Assembly: GCA_964016885.1 (NCBI GenBank)
Contig: OZ024745.1
Location: 6,572,001 to 6,636,000, forward strand
Direction: 5' to 3'
DNA from: Eledone cirrhosa
Lineage: Eukaryota
DNA: 64,000 nucleotides
The position numbers were made by a program, and so were the translations under genes. The notes beneath the pieces are model-generated. The model worked only from the letters and a program-made list of their open reading frames with translations. It ran no database searches and was not told where the DNA came from. Shown in pieces: positions 51,201 to 61,639 of this stretch. The number at the start of each line of letters is the position of its first letter. Positions within the stretch are counted from its first letter, which is position 1.

Positions 51201-54200
51201 TGTCTGACAGTTGAGTTATAGTAGGGTGTCTGGAGGGTGAGACACAGGGTGTCTGGAGGGTGAGACAGAGTAGGGTGTCTGGAGGGTGAGACATAGTAGG
51301 GTGTCTGGAGGGTGAGACATAGTAGGGTGTCTAGAGGGTGAGACATAGTAGGGTGTTTGGAGGGTGAGACGTAGAAGGGTGTCTGGAGGGTGAGACTTAG
51401 TAGGGTGTCTGGAGGGTGAGACAGAGTAGGGTGTCTGGATGGTGAGACATAGTAGGGTTTCTGGAGGGTGAGACATAGTATGGTGTCTGGAGGGTGAGAC
51501 ACAGGATGTCTGGGGGGTGAGACATAGTAGCGTGTCTGGAGAGTGAGACATAGTAGGGTGTCTGGAGGGTGAGACAGAGTAGCGTGTCTGGAGAGTGAGA
51601 CATAGTAGGGTGTCTGGAGAGTGAGACATAGTAGGGTGTCTGGAGAGTGAGACATAGTAGGGTGTCTGGAGAGTGAGACATAGTAGCGTGTCTGGAGAGT
51701 GAGACATAGTAGGGTGTCTCGAGGGTGAGACATAGTAGGGTGCTGGAGAGTGAGACATAGTAGGGTGTCTGGAGAGTGGGACAGAGTAGCGTGTCTGGAG
51801 AGTGAGACATAGTAGGGTGTCTGTTGGGTGAGACACAGGGTGTCTGGAGGGTGAGACAGAGTAGGGTGTCTGGAGAGTGAGATATAGTAGGGTGTCTGGG
51901 GGGTGAGACGTAGTAGGGTGTCTGGAGGGTGAGACATAGTAGGGTGTCTGGAGGGTGAGACACAGGGTGTCTGGACGGTGAGACAGAGTAGGGTGTCTGC
52001 AGAGTGAGACATAGTAGGGTGTCTGGAGAGTGAGACATAGTAGGGTGTCTGGAGGGTGAGACATAGTAGGGTGTCTGGAGGTTGAGTTATAGTAGGGTGT
52101 CTGGAGGGTGAGACATAGTAGGGTGTCTGGAGGGTGAGACATAGTAGGGTGTCTGGAGGGTGAGACATAGTAGGGTGTCTGGAGGCTGAGTTATAGTAGG
52201 GTGTCTGAAGGGTGAGACATAGTAGGGTGTCTGGAGAGTGAGACATAGTAGGGTGTCTGGAGAGTGAGACATAGTAGGGTGTCTGGAGGGTGAGACAGTG
52301 TAGGGTGTGTGGAGGTTGAGTTATAGTAGGGTGTCTGGAGGGTGAGACATAGTAGGGTGTCTGGAGAGTGAGACATAGTAGCGTGTCTGGAGGGTGAGAC
52401 ATAGTAGGGTGTCTGGAGGTTGAGTTATAGTAGGGTGTCTGGAGGGTGAGACATAGTAGGGTGTCTGGAGGTTGAGTTATAGTAGGGTGTCTGGAGGGTG
52501 AGACATAATAGGGTGTCTGGAGGGTGAGACAGAGTAGGGTGTCTGGAGGTTGAGTTATAGTAGGGTGTCTGGATGTTGAGTTATAGTAGGGTGTCTGGAG
52601 GGTGAGACATAGTAGGGTGTCTGGAGGTTGAGTTATAGTAGGGTGTCTGGAGGGTGAGACAGAGTAGGGTGTCTGGAGGGTGAGACAGAGTAGGGTGTCT
52701 GGCGGGTGAGACATAGTAGGGTGTCTGGAGGATGAGACAGAGTAGGGTGTCTGGAGAGTGAGACATAGTAGGGTGTCTGGGTGGTGAGACGTAGTAGGGT
52801 GTCTGGAGGGTGAGACATAGTAGGGTGTCTGGAGGGTGAGACACACGGTGTCTGGACGGTGAGAGAGAGTAGGATGTCTGGAGGGTGAGACAGAGTAGGG
52901 TATCTGGAGGGTGAGACAGATTAGGGTGTCTGGAGGGTGAGACATAGTAGGGTGTCTGGAGGGTGAGACAGAGTAGCGTGTCTGGAGAGTGAGACATATT
53001 AGGGTGTCTGGAGAGTGAGACATAGTAGAGTGTCTGGAGAGTGAGATATAGTAGAGTGTCTGGAGTGTGAGACATAGTAGGGTGTCTGGGGGGTGAGACG
53101 TAGTAGGGTATCTGGAGAGTGAAACATAGTAGGGTGTCTGGAGAGTGAGACATAGTAGGGTGTCTGGAGGGTGAGACGTAGTAGGGTGTATGGAGGGTGA
53201 GACGTAGTAGGGTGTCTGGAGGGTGAGACGTAGTAGGGTGTCTGGAGGGTGAGACGTAGTAGGGTGTCTGGAGAGTGAGACATAGTAGGGTGTCTAGAGG
53301 GTGAGGCATAGTAGGGTGTCTCGAGAGTGAGACATAGTAGATGTCTGGAGGGTGAGACGTAGTAGGGTGTCTGGAGGTTGAGGCAGAGTAGGGTGTCTGA
53401 CAGTTGAGTTATAGTAGAGTGTCTGGAGGGTGAGACACAGGGTGTCTGGAGGGTGAGACAGAGTAGGGTGTCTGGAGGGTGAGACATAGTAGGGTGTCTG
53501 GAGGGTGAGACATAGTAGGGTGTCTAGAGGGTGAGACATAGTAGGGTGTTTGGAGGGTGAGACGTAGAAGGGTGTCTGGAGGGTGAGACTTAGTAGGGTG
53601 TCTGGAGGGTGAGACAGAGTAGGGTGTCTGGATGGTGAGACATAGTAGGGTTTCTGGAGGGTGAGACATAGTATGGTGTCTGGAGGGTGAGACACAGGAT
53701 GTCTGGGGGGTGAGACATAGTAGCGTGTCTGGAGAGTGAGACATAGTAGGGTGTCTGGAGGGTGAGACAGAGTAGCGTGTCTGGAGAGTGAGACATAGTA
53801 GGGTGTCTGGAGAGTGAGACATAGTAGGGTGTCTGGAGAGTGAGACATAGTAGGGTGTCTGGAGAGTGAGACATAGTAGCGTGTCTGGAGAGTGAGACAT
53901 AGTAGGGTGTCTCGAGGGTGAGACATAGTAGGGTGCTGGAGAGTGAGACATAGTAGGGTGTCTGGAGAGTGGGACAGAGTAGCGTGTCTGGAGAGTGAGA
54001 CATAGTAGGGTGTCTGTTGGGTGAGACACAGGGTGTCTGGAGGGTGAGACAGAGTAGGGTGTCTGGAGAGTGAGATATAGTAGGGTGTCTGGGGGGTGAG
54101 ACGTAGTAGGGTGTCTGGAGGGTGAGACATAGTAGGGTGTCTGGAGGGTGAGACACAGGGTGTCTGGACGGTGAGACAGAGTAGGGTGTCTGCAGAGTGA

Positions 54201-54770
54201 GACATAGTAGGGTGTCTGGAGAGTGAGACATAGTAGGGTGTCTGGAGGGTGAGACATAGTAGGGTGTCTGGAGGTTGAGTTATAGTAGGGTGTCTGGAGG
54301 GTGAGACATAGTAGGGTGTCTGGAGGGTGAGACATAGTAGGGTGTCTGGAGGGTGAGACATAGTAGGGTGTCTGGAGGCTGAGTTATAGTAGGGTGTCTG
54401 AAGGGTGAGACATAGTAGGGTGTCTGGAGAGTGAGACATAGTAGGGTGTCTGGAGAGTGAGACATAGTAGGGTGTCTGGAGGGTGAGACAGTGTAGGGTG
54501 TGTGGAGGTTGAGTTATAGTAGGGTGTCTGGAGGGTGAGACATAGTAGGGTGTCTGGAGTGTGAGACATAGTAGCGTGTCTGGAGGGTGAGACATAGTAG
54601 GGTGTCTGGAGGTTGAGTTATAGTAGGGTGTCTGGAGGGTGAGACATAGTAGGGTGTCTGGAGGTTGAGTTATAGTAGGGTGTCTGGAGGGTGAGACATA
54701 ATAGGGTGTCTGGAGGGTGAGACAGAGTAGGGTGTCTGGAGGTTGAGTTATAGTAGGGTGTCTGGAGGGT
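48240..54770 (+). repeat. Three tandem copies of a ~2.14-2.19 kb HOR, with a fourth copy 4,123 bp upstream
   Basis: Marker GTCTGACAGTTG at 44938, 49061, 51202 and 53395 (spacings 4,123, 2,141, 2,193). ORFs 49075/51216/53409 have identical translations. Confidence 0.92.
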
Positions 54771-57700
54771 GAGACAGAGTAGGGTGTCTGGAGAGTGAGA
54801 CATAGTAGGGTGTCTGGGGGGTGATACGTAGTAGGGTGTCTGGAGGGTGAGACATAGTAGGGTGTCTGGAGGGTGAGACACAGGGTGTCTGGACGGTGAG
54901 ACAGAGTAGGATGTCTGGAGGGTGAGACAGAGTAGGGTGTCTGGAGGGTGAGACAGAGTAGGGTGTCTGGAGGGTGAGACATAGTAGGGTGATTGGAGGG
55001 TGAGACGTAGTAGGGTGTCTGGAGGGTGAGACGTAGTAGGGTGTCTGGAGGGTGAGACGTAGTAGTGTGTCTGGAGAGTGAGACATAGTAGGGTGTCTAG
55101 AGGGTGAGTCATAGTAGGGTGTCTCGAGAGTGAGACATAGTAGGGTGTCTGGAGGGTGAGACGTAGTAGGGTGTCTGGAGGGTGAGACGTAGTAGGGTGT
55201 CTGGAGGGTGAGACGTATTAGGGTGTCTGGAGAGTGAGACATAGTAGGGTTTCTAGAGGGTGAGACATAGTAGGGTGTCTCGAGAGTGAGACATAGTAGG
55301 GTGTCTGGATGGTGAGACGTAGTAGGGTGTTTGGAGGGTGATACGTAGTAGGGTGTCTGGAGGGTGAGACGTAGTAGGGTGTCTGGAGGGTCAGACAGAG
55401 TAGGGTGTCTGGAGGGTGAGACAGAGTAGGGTGTCTGGAAGTTGAGTTATAGTAGGGTGTCTGGAGGGTGAGACACAGGGTGTCTGGAGGGTGAGACAGA
55501 GTAGGGTGTCTGGAGGGTGAGACATAGTAGGGTGTCTGGAGGGTGAGACATAGTAGGGTGTCTAGAGGGTGAGACATAGTAGGGTGTCTGGAGGGTGAGA
55601 CATAGTAGGGTGTCTGGAGGGTGAGACGTAGTAGGGTGTCTGGAGGGTCAGACAGAGTAGGGTGTCTGGAGGGTGAGACATAGTAGGGTTTCTGGAGGGT
55701 GAGACATAGTATGGTGTCTGGAGGGTGAGACACAGGGTGTCTGGGGGTGAGACATAGTAGCGTGTCTGGAGAGTGAGACATAGTAGGGTGTCTGGAGGGT
55801 GAGACAGAGTAGCGTGTCTGGAGAGTGAGACATAGTAGGGTGTCTGGAGAGTGAGACATAGTAGGGTGTCTGGAGAGTGAGACATAGTAGGGTGTCTGGA
55901 GGGTGAGACATAGTAGGGTGTCTGGAGAGTGAGACATAGTAGGGTGTCTGGATAGTGAGACATAGTAGGGTGTCTGGTGGGTGAGACGTAGTAGGGTGTT
56001 TGGAGGGTGATACGTAGTAGGGTGTCTGGAGGGTGAGACGTAGTAGGGTGTCTGGAGGGTGAGACAGAGTAGGGTGTCTGGAAGTTGAGTTATAGTAGGC
56101 TGTCTGGAGGGTGAGACACAGGGTGTCTGGAGGGTGAGACAGAGTAGGGTGTCTGGAGGGTGAGACATAGTAGGGTGTCTGGAGGGTGAGACATAGTAGG
56201 GTGTCTAGAGGGTGAGACATAGTAGGGTGTCTGGAGGGTGAGACGTAGTAGGGTGTCTGGAGGGTGAGACGTAGTAGGGTGTCTGGAGGGTCAGACAGAG
56301 TAGGGTGTCTGGAGGGTGAGACATAGTAGGGTTTCTGGAGGGTGAGACATAGTATGGTGTCTGGAGGGTGAGACACAGGGTGTCTGGGGGTTGAGACATA
56401 GTAGCGTGTCTGGAGAGTGAGACTTAGTAGGGTGTCTGGAGGGTGAGACAGAGTAGCGTGTCTGGAGAGTGAGACATAGTAGGGTGTCTGGAGAGTGAGA
56501 CATAGTAGGGTGTCTGGAGAGTGAGACATAGTAGGGTGTCTGGAGGGTGAGACATAGTAGGGTGTCTGGAGAGTGAGACATAGTAGGGTGTCTGGAGAGT
56601 GAGACAGAGTAGCGTGTCTGGAGAGTGATACATAGTAGGGTGTCTGGAGGGTGAGACATAGTAGGGTGTCTGGAGAGTGAGACATAGTAGGGTGTCTGGA
56701 GAGTGAGACATAGTAGGGTGTCTGGAGAGTGAGACATAGTAGCGTGTCTGGAGAGTAAGACATAGTAGGGTGTCTCGAGGGTGAGACACAGGGTGTCTGG
56801 AGGGTGAGACATAGTAGGGTGCTGGAGAGTGAGACATAGTAGGGTGTCTGGAGAGTGAGACATAGTAGGCTGTCTGTTGGGTGAGACACAGGGTGTCTGG
56901 AGGGTGAGACAGAGTAGTGTGTCTGGAGAGTGAGATATAGTAGGGTGTCTGGGGGGTGAGACGTAGTAGGGTGTCTGGAGGGTGAGACATAGTAGGGTGT
57001 CTGGAGGTTGAGACACAGGGTGTCTGGACGGTGAGACAGAGTAGGGTGTCTGGAGAGTGAGACATAGTAGGGTGTCTGGAGAGTGAGACATAGTAGGGTG
57101 TCTGGAGGGTGAGACATAGTAGGGTGTCTGGAGGTTGAGTTATAGTAGGGTGTCTGGAGGGTGAGACATAGTAGGAAGTCTGGAGGGTGAGACATAGTAG
57201 GGTGTCTGGAGGGTGGGACAGAATAGGGTGTCTGGAGGTTGAGTTATCGTAGGGTGTCTGGAGGGTGAGACATAGTAGGGTGTCTGGAGAGTAAGACATA
57301 GTAGCGTGTCTGGAGGGTGAGACATAGTAGGGTGTCTGGATGTTGAGTTATAGTAGGGTGTCTGGAGGGTGAGACATAGTAGGGTGTCTGGAGGTTGAGT
57401 TATAGTAGGGTGTCTGGAGGGTGAGACAGAGTAGGGTGTCTGGAGGGTGAGACAGAGTAGGGTGTCTGGCGGGTGAGACATAGTAGGGTGTCTGGAGGGT
57501 GAGACATAGTAGGTTGTCTGGAGGTTGAGTTATAGTAGGGTGTATGGAGGGTGAGACATAGTAGGGTGTCTGGAGGGTGAGACAGAGTAGGGTGTCTGGA
57601 GGGTGGGACAGAATAGGGTGTCTGGAGGTTGAGTTATAGCAGGGTGTCTGGAGGGTGAGACATAGTAGGGTGTCTGGAGAGTAAGACATAGTAGCGTGTC

Positions 57701-60700
57701 TGGAGGGTGAGACATAGTAGGGTGTCTGGAGGTTGAGTTATAGTAGGGTGTCTGGAAGGTGAGACATAGTAGGGTGTCTGGAGGTTGAGTTATAGTAGGG
57801 TGTCTGGAGGGTGAGACATAATAGGGTGTCTGGAGGGTGAGACAGAGTAGGGTGTCTGGAGTTTGAGTTATAGTAGGGTGTCTGGAGGGTGAGACAGAGT
57901 AGGGTGTCTGGAGGGTGAGACAGAGTAGGGTGTCTGGAGGGTGAGACATAGTAGGGTGTCTGGAGGGTGAGACAGATTAGCGTGTCTGGAGAGTGAGACA
58001 TATTAGGGTGTCTGGAGAGTGAGACATAGTAGGGTGTCTGGAGAGTGAGATATAGTAGAGTGTCTGGAGAGTGAGACATATTAGGGTGTCTGGAGAGTGA
58101 GACATAGTAGGGTGTCTGGAGAGTGAGATATAGTAGAGTGTCTGGAGAGTGAGACATAGTAGGGTGTCTGGGGGGAGAGACGTAGTAGGGTATCTGGAGA
58201 GTGAAACATAGTAGGGTGTCTGGAGAGTGAGACATAGTAGGGTCTCCGAAGGGTGAGACGTAGTAGGGTGTATGGAGGGTTAGACGTAGTAGGGTGTCTG
58301 GAGGGTGAGACGTAGTAGGGTGTCTGGAGGGTGAGACGTAGTAGGGTGTCTGGAGAGTGAGACATATTAGGGTGTCTAGAGGGTGAGACATAGTAGGGTG
58401 TCTCGAGAGTGAGACATAGTAGGGTGTCTCGAGAGTGAGACGTAGTAGGGTGTCTGGAGGGTGAGACGTAGTAGGGTGTCTGGAGGGTGAGACAGAGTAG
58501 GGTGTCTGGAGGGTGAGACATAGTAGGGTGTCTGGAGGGTGAGACGTAGTAGGGTGTCTGGAGGGTGAGACGTAGTAGGGTGAGACAGAGTAGGGTGTCT
58601 GGAGGGTGAGACATAGTACGGTTTCTGGAGGGTGAGACATAGTATGGTGTCTGGAGGGTGAGACACAGGATGTCTGGGGGGTGAGACATAGTAGCGTGTC
58701 TGGAGAGTGAGACATTGTAGGGTATCTGGAGAGTGAGACATAGTAGGGTGTCTGGAGGGTGAGACATAGTAGGGTGTCTGGAGAGTGAGACATAGTAGGG
58801 TGTCTGGAGAGTGAGACAGAGTAGCGTGTCTGGAGGGTGAGACATAGTAGGGTGTCTGTTAGGTGAGACACAGGGTGTCTGGAGGTTGAGACAGAGTAGG
58901 GTGTCTGGAGAGTGAGATATAGTAGGGTGTCTGGGGGTGAGACGTAGTAGGATGTCTGGAGGGTGAGACATAGTAGGGTGTCTGGAGGGTGAGACACAGG
59001 GTGTCTGGACGGTGAGACAGAGTAGGGTGTCTGGAGAGTGAGACATAGTAGGGTGTCTGGAGAGTGAGACTTAGTAGCGTGTCTGGAGGGTGAGTCAGAG
59101 TAGGGTGTCTGGAGGATGAGACAGAGTAGGGTGTCTGGAGTGTGAGACATAGTAGGGTGTCTGGAGGGTGAGACATAGTAGGGTGTCTGGAGGGTGAGAC
59201 ACATGGTGTCTGGACGGTGAGAGAGAGTAGGATGTCTGGAGGGTTAGACAGAGTAGGGTGTCTGGAGGGTGAGACATAATAGGGTGTCTGGAGGGTGAGA
59301 CAGAGTAGGGTGTCTGGAGGTTGAGTTATAGTAGGGTGTCTGGAGGGTGAGACAGAGTAGGGTGTCTGGAGGATGAGACATAGTAGGGTGTCTAGAGGGT
59401 GAGACATAGTAGGGTGTCTGGAGGGTGAGGCGTAGTAGGGTGTCTGGAGGGTGAGACAGAGTAGGGTTTCTGGAGGGTGAGACATAGTATGGTGTCTGGA
59501 GGGTGAGACACAGGGTGTCTGGGGGGTGAGACATAGTAGCGTGTCTGGAGGGTGAGACATAGTAGGGTGTCTGGAGGGTGAGACAGAGTAGCGTGTCTGG
59601 AGAGTGAGACATAGTAGGGTTTCTGGAGAGTGAGACATAGTAGGGTGTCTGGAGAGTGAGACATAGTAGGGTGTCTGGAGGGTGAGACATAGTAGGGTGT
59701 CTGGAGAGTGAGACATAGTAGGGTGTCTGGAGAGTGAGACAGAGCAGCGTGTCTGGAGAGCGAGACATAGTAGGGTGTCTGGAGGGTGAGACATCGTAGG
59801 GTGTCTGGAGAGTGAGACATAGTAGGGTGTCTGGAGAGTGAGACATAGTAGGGTGTCTGGAGAGTGAGACAGAGTAGCGTGTCTGGAGAGTGAGACATAG
59901 TAGGGTGTCTGGAGGGTGAGACATAGTAGGGTGTCTGGAGAGTGAGACATAGTAGGGTTTCTGGAGAGTGAGACATAGTAGGGTGTCTGGAGAGTGAGAC
60001 ATAGTATCGTGTCTGGAGAGTGAGACATAGTAGGCTGTCTGGAGGGTGAGACATAGTAGGGTGTCTGGAGAGTGAGACATAGTAGGGTGTCTGGAGGGTG
60101 AGACATAGTAGGGTGTCTGGAGGGTGAGACAGAGTAGCGTGTCTGGAGAGTGAGACATAGTAGGGTGTCTGTTGGGTGAGACACAGGGTGTCTGGAGGGT
60201 GAGACAGAGTAGGGTGTCTGGAGAGTGAGATATAGTAGGGTGTCTGGAGGGTGAGACGTAGTAGGGTGTCTGGAGAGTGAGACATAGTAGGGTGTCTGGA
60301 TGGTGAGACATAGTAGGGTTTCTGGAGGGTGAGACATAGTAGGGTGTCTGGAGGGTGAGACACAGGGTGTCTGGGGGGTGCGACATAGTAGGAAGTCTGG
60401 AGGGTGAGACATAGTAGGGTGTCTGGAGGGTGAGACATAGTAGGGTGTCTGGAGGGTGAGACAGTAGGGAGTCTGGAGGGTGAGACATAGTAGGGTTTCT
60501 GGAGGGTGAGACATAGCAGGGTGTCTGGAGGGGGAGACACAGGGTGTCTGGGGGGTGCGACATAGTAGGAAGTCTGGAGGGTGAGACATAGTAGGGTGTC
60601 TTGAGGGTGAGACATAGTAGGGTGTCTGGAGGGTGAGACACAGGGTGTCTGGAGGGTGAGACAGTAGGGAGTCTGGAGGGTGAGACATAGTAGGGTGTCT

Positions 60701-60891
60701 GGAGGGTGAGACTTAGTAGGGTGTCTGGAGGGTGAGACTTAGTAGGGTGTTTGGAGAGTGAGACACAGGGTGTCTGAAGGGTGAGACATAGTAGGGTGTC
60801 TGGAGGGTGAGACATAGTAGGGTGTCTGGAGGGTGAGACACAGGGTGACTGGAGGGTGAGACATAGTAGGGAGTCTGGAGGGTGAGACAGG

Positions 60892-60962
60892 GTAGGAAGT
60901 CTGATTAAATGCATTTCCTTATTTAGCAACGTCCTTTGATGTTCTGAGTTCAAATCCTGCCA
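60892..60962 (+). mobile_element. tRNA-derived SINE 5'-head remnant (B-box region) abutting the array
   Basis: TCTGAGTTCAAATCCT (60943-60958) contains a Pol III B-box-like motif and is an exact 16-nt match to the reverse complement of 62875-62890 in another SINE copy in this window. Confidence 0.6.
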
Positions 60963-61177
60963 TTCATTTGCAATTATTAAAATATGAATTAGTTGTTTAT
61001 GCTCAGGTCATTCTGGAGCAGAACGATGGTCACCGGCGGTCAAATGTTGCCCCCTCTTTCTGTATTTCTGTATATATAATATACTTGTTAAATGTATCAT
61101 TCTTTTGTAAAGACGGCAAGGAATCGTTCGAGCCAATGAAAATAAAAACCAAATCTTTTTCAGATCACACCTTCCCT

Positions 61178-61470
61178 TTTATTTAAAAAGAGAAGCATCC
61201 ATTGGATAATCTGGTCCTGCCCTGCGTTCACGGAGGGTGTTAGGTGTCCTGATATTCGCGAGTAGACCCAGACCTCCTTTCAATCCTACCTCCTTTGATG
61301 CAACATCTAGGATGTGACAGCTGGAAGGAGGGAAGGCTGGCACTGGGCTGGTACTTTCTTTATCGATCTCAAAACGGCGAAAGACAAAGTGGACCTCGGC
61401 AGGGTTTGAACTTGGCTCACAGACACTCGGAACAAATATCCAACGCTCTAACAACTCTACCAAACTGACC
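61178..61470 (-). mobile_element. tRNA-derived SINE (resembles Octopus OR/OK-type SINEs)
   Basis: Minus strand reads GGTCAGTT-TGGTAGAGTTG (A-box-like, 61452-61462)...AGTTCAAACC (B-box-like, 61403-61412)-CTGCCGAGGTCCACTTTGTCTTTC...TCGATAAAGAAAGTACCAG and aligns by eye with the 62801-62945 copy. The head (61341-61470) is well supported. The 3' extent to the AATAAA at 61178-61183 is tentative. Family name is from recall. Confidence 0.7.
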
Positions 61471-61567
61471 ACGACAGTCCCAGATGCACCATGTCTTTAA
61501 CTGACCACTACGGTCCCAGATGCACCATGTCTTTAACTGACCACCGTGGTCCCAGGAACACCATGTC
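61463..61567 (+). repeat. 36-bp tandem repeat, ~2.9 copies (AACTGACCACNACNGTCCCAGATGCACCATGTCTTT)
   Basis: Copies start at 61463, 61499 and 61535. The first two differ at 2 positions; the third is more diverged and truncated. Confidence 0.95.
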
Positions 61568-61639
61568 ACCATGACAACAGTTGGAATGCCATATTATCAT
61601 AGGTCAGTGATGACCTGGGTAAAAAGAAGAAAAGAAAGA

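Larger units (their letters stand above)
1..60903 (+). repeat. Giant G-rich 26-bp minisatellite/satellite array, consensus GGGTGTCTGGAGGGTGAGACATAGTA, ~2,300 units, continues beyond the window start
   Basis: Seen directly: head-to-tail 26-bp units from base 1 to ...GGTAGGAAGTCTG at ~60,903, all in one orientation. Common variants: GGAGAGTGAGACATAGTA, GAGACAGAGTA, GAGACGTAGTA, GGAGGTTGAGTTATAGTA and a 23-bp unit ending GAGACACA. Unit count estimated as length/26. Confidence 0.99.

Noticed and set aside
1-60903. CRISPR array or a variable-cassette (DGR/antigenic-variation) system
   Set aside because: Units are contiguous with no unique spacers, variation is limited to a few recurrent substitutions, no cas or intact RT gene is present, and the context is eukaryotic.
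1-60903. Telomeric repeat tract
   Set aside because: Units contain TAGGG and a minor variant gives one TTAGGG, but there are no tandem TTAGGG hexamers. A subtelomeric location cannot be judged from this window.
346-60953. Hundreds of minus-strand ORFs (up to 1,021 aa) as real mucin-like or repeat-protein genes
   Set aside because: They overlap in all three frames with the same peptide, the unit length is not a multiple of 3, 1-2 bp indel units are tolerated, and there is no unique N- or C-terminal domain or codon-position bias.
61463-61567. 36-bp repeats as a mini-CRISPR
   Set aside because: Head-to-tail copies without spacers.
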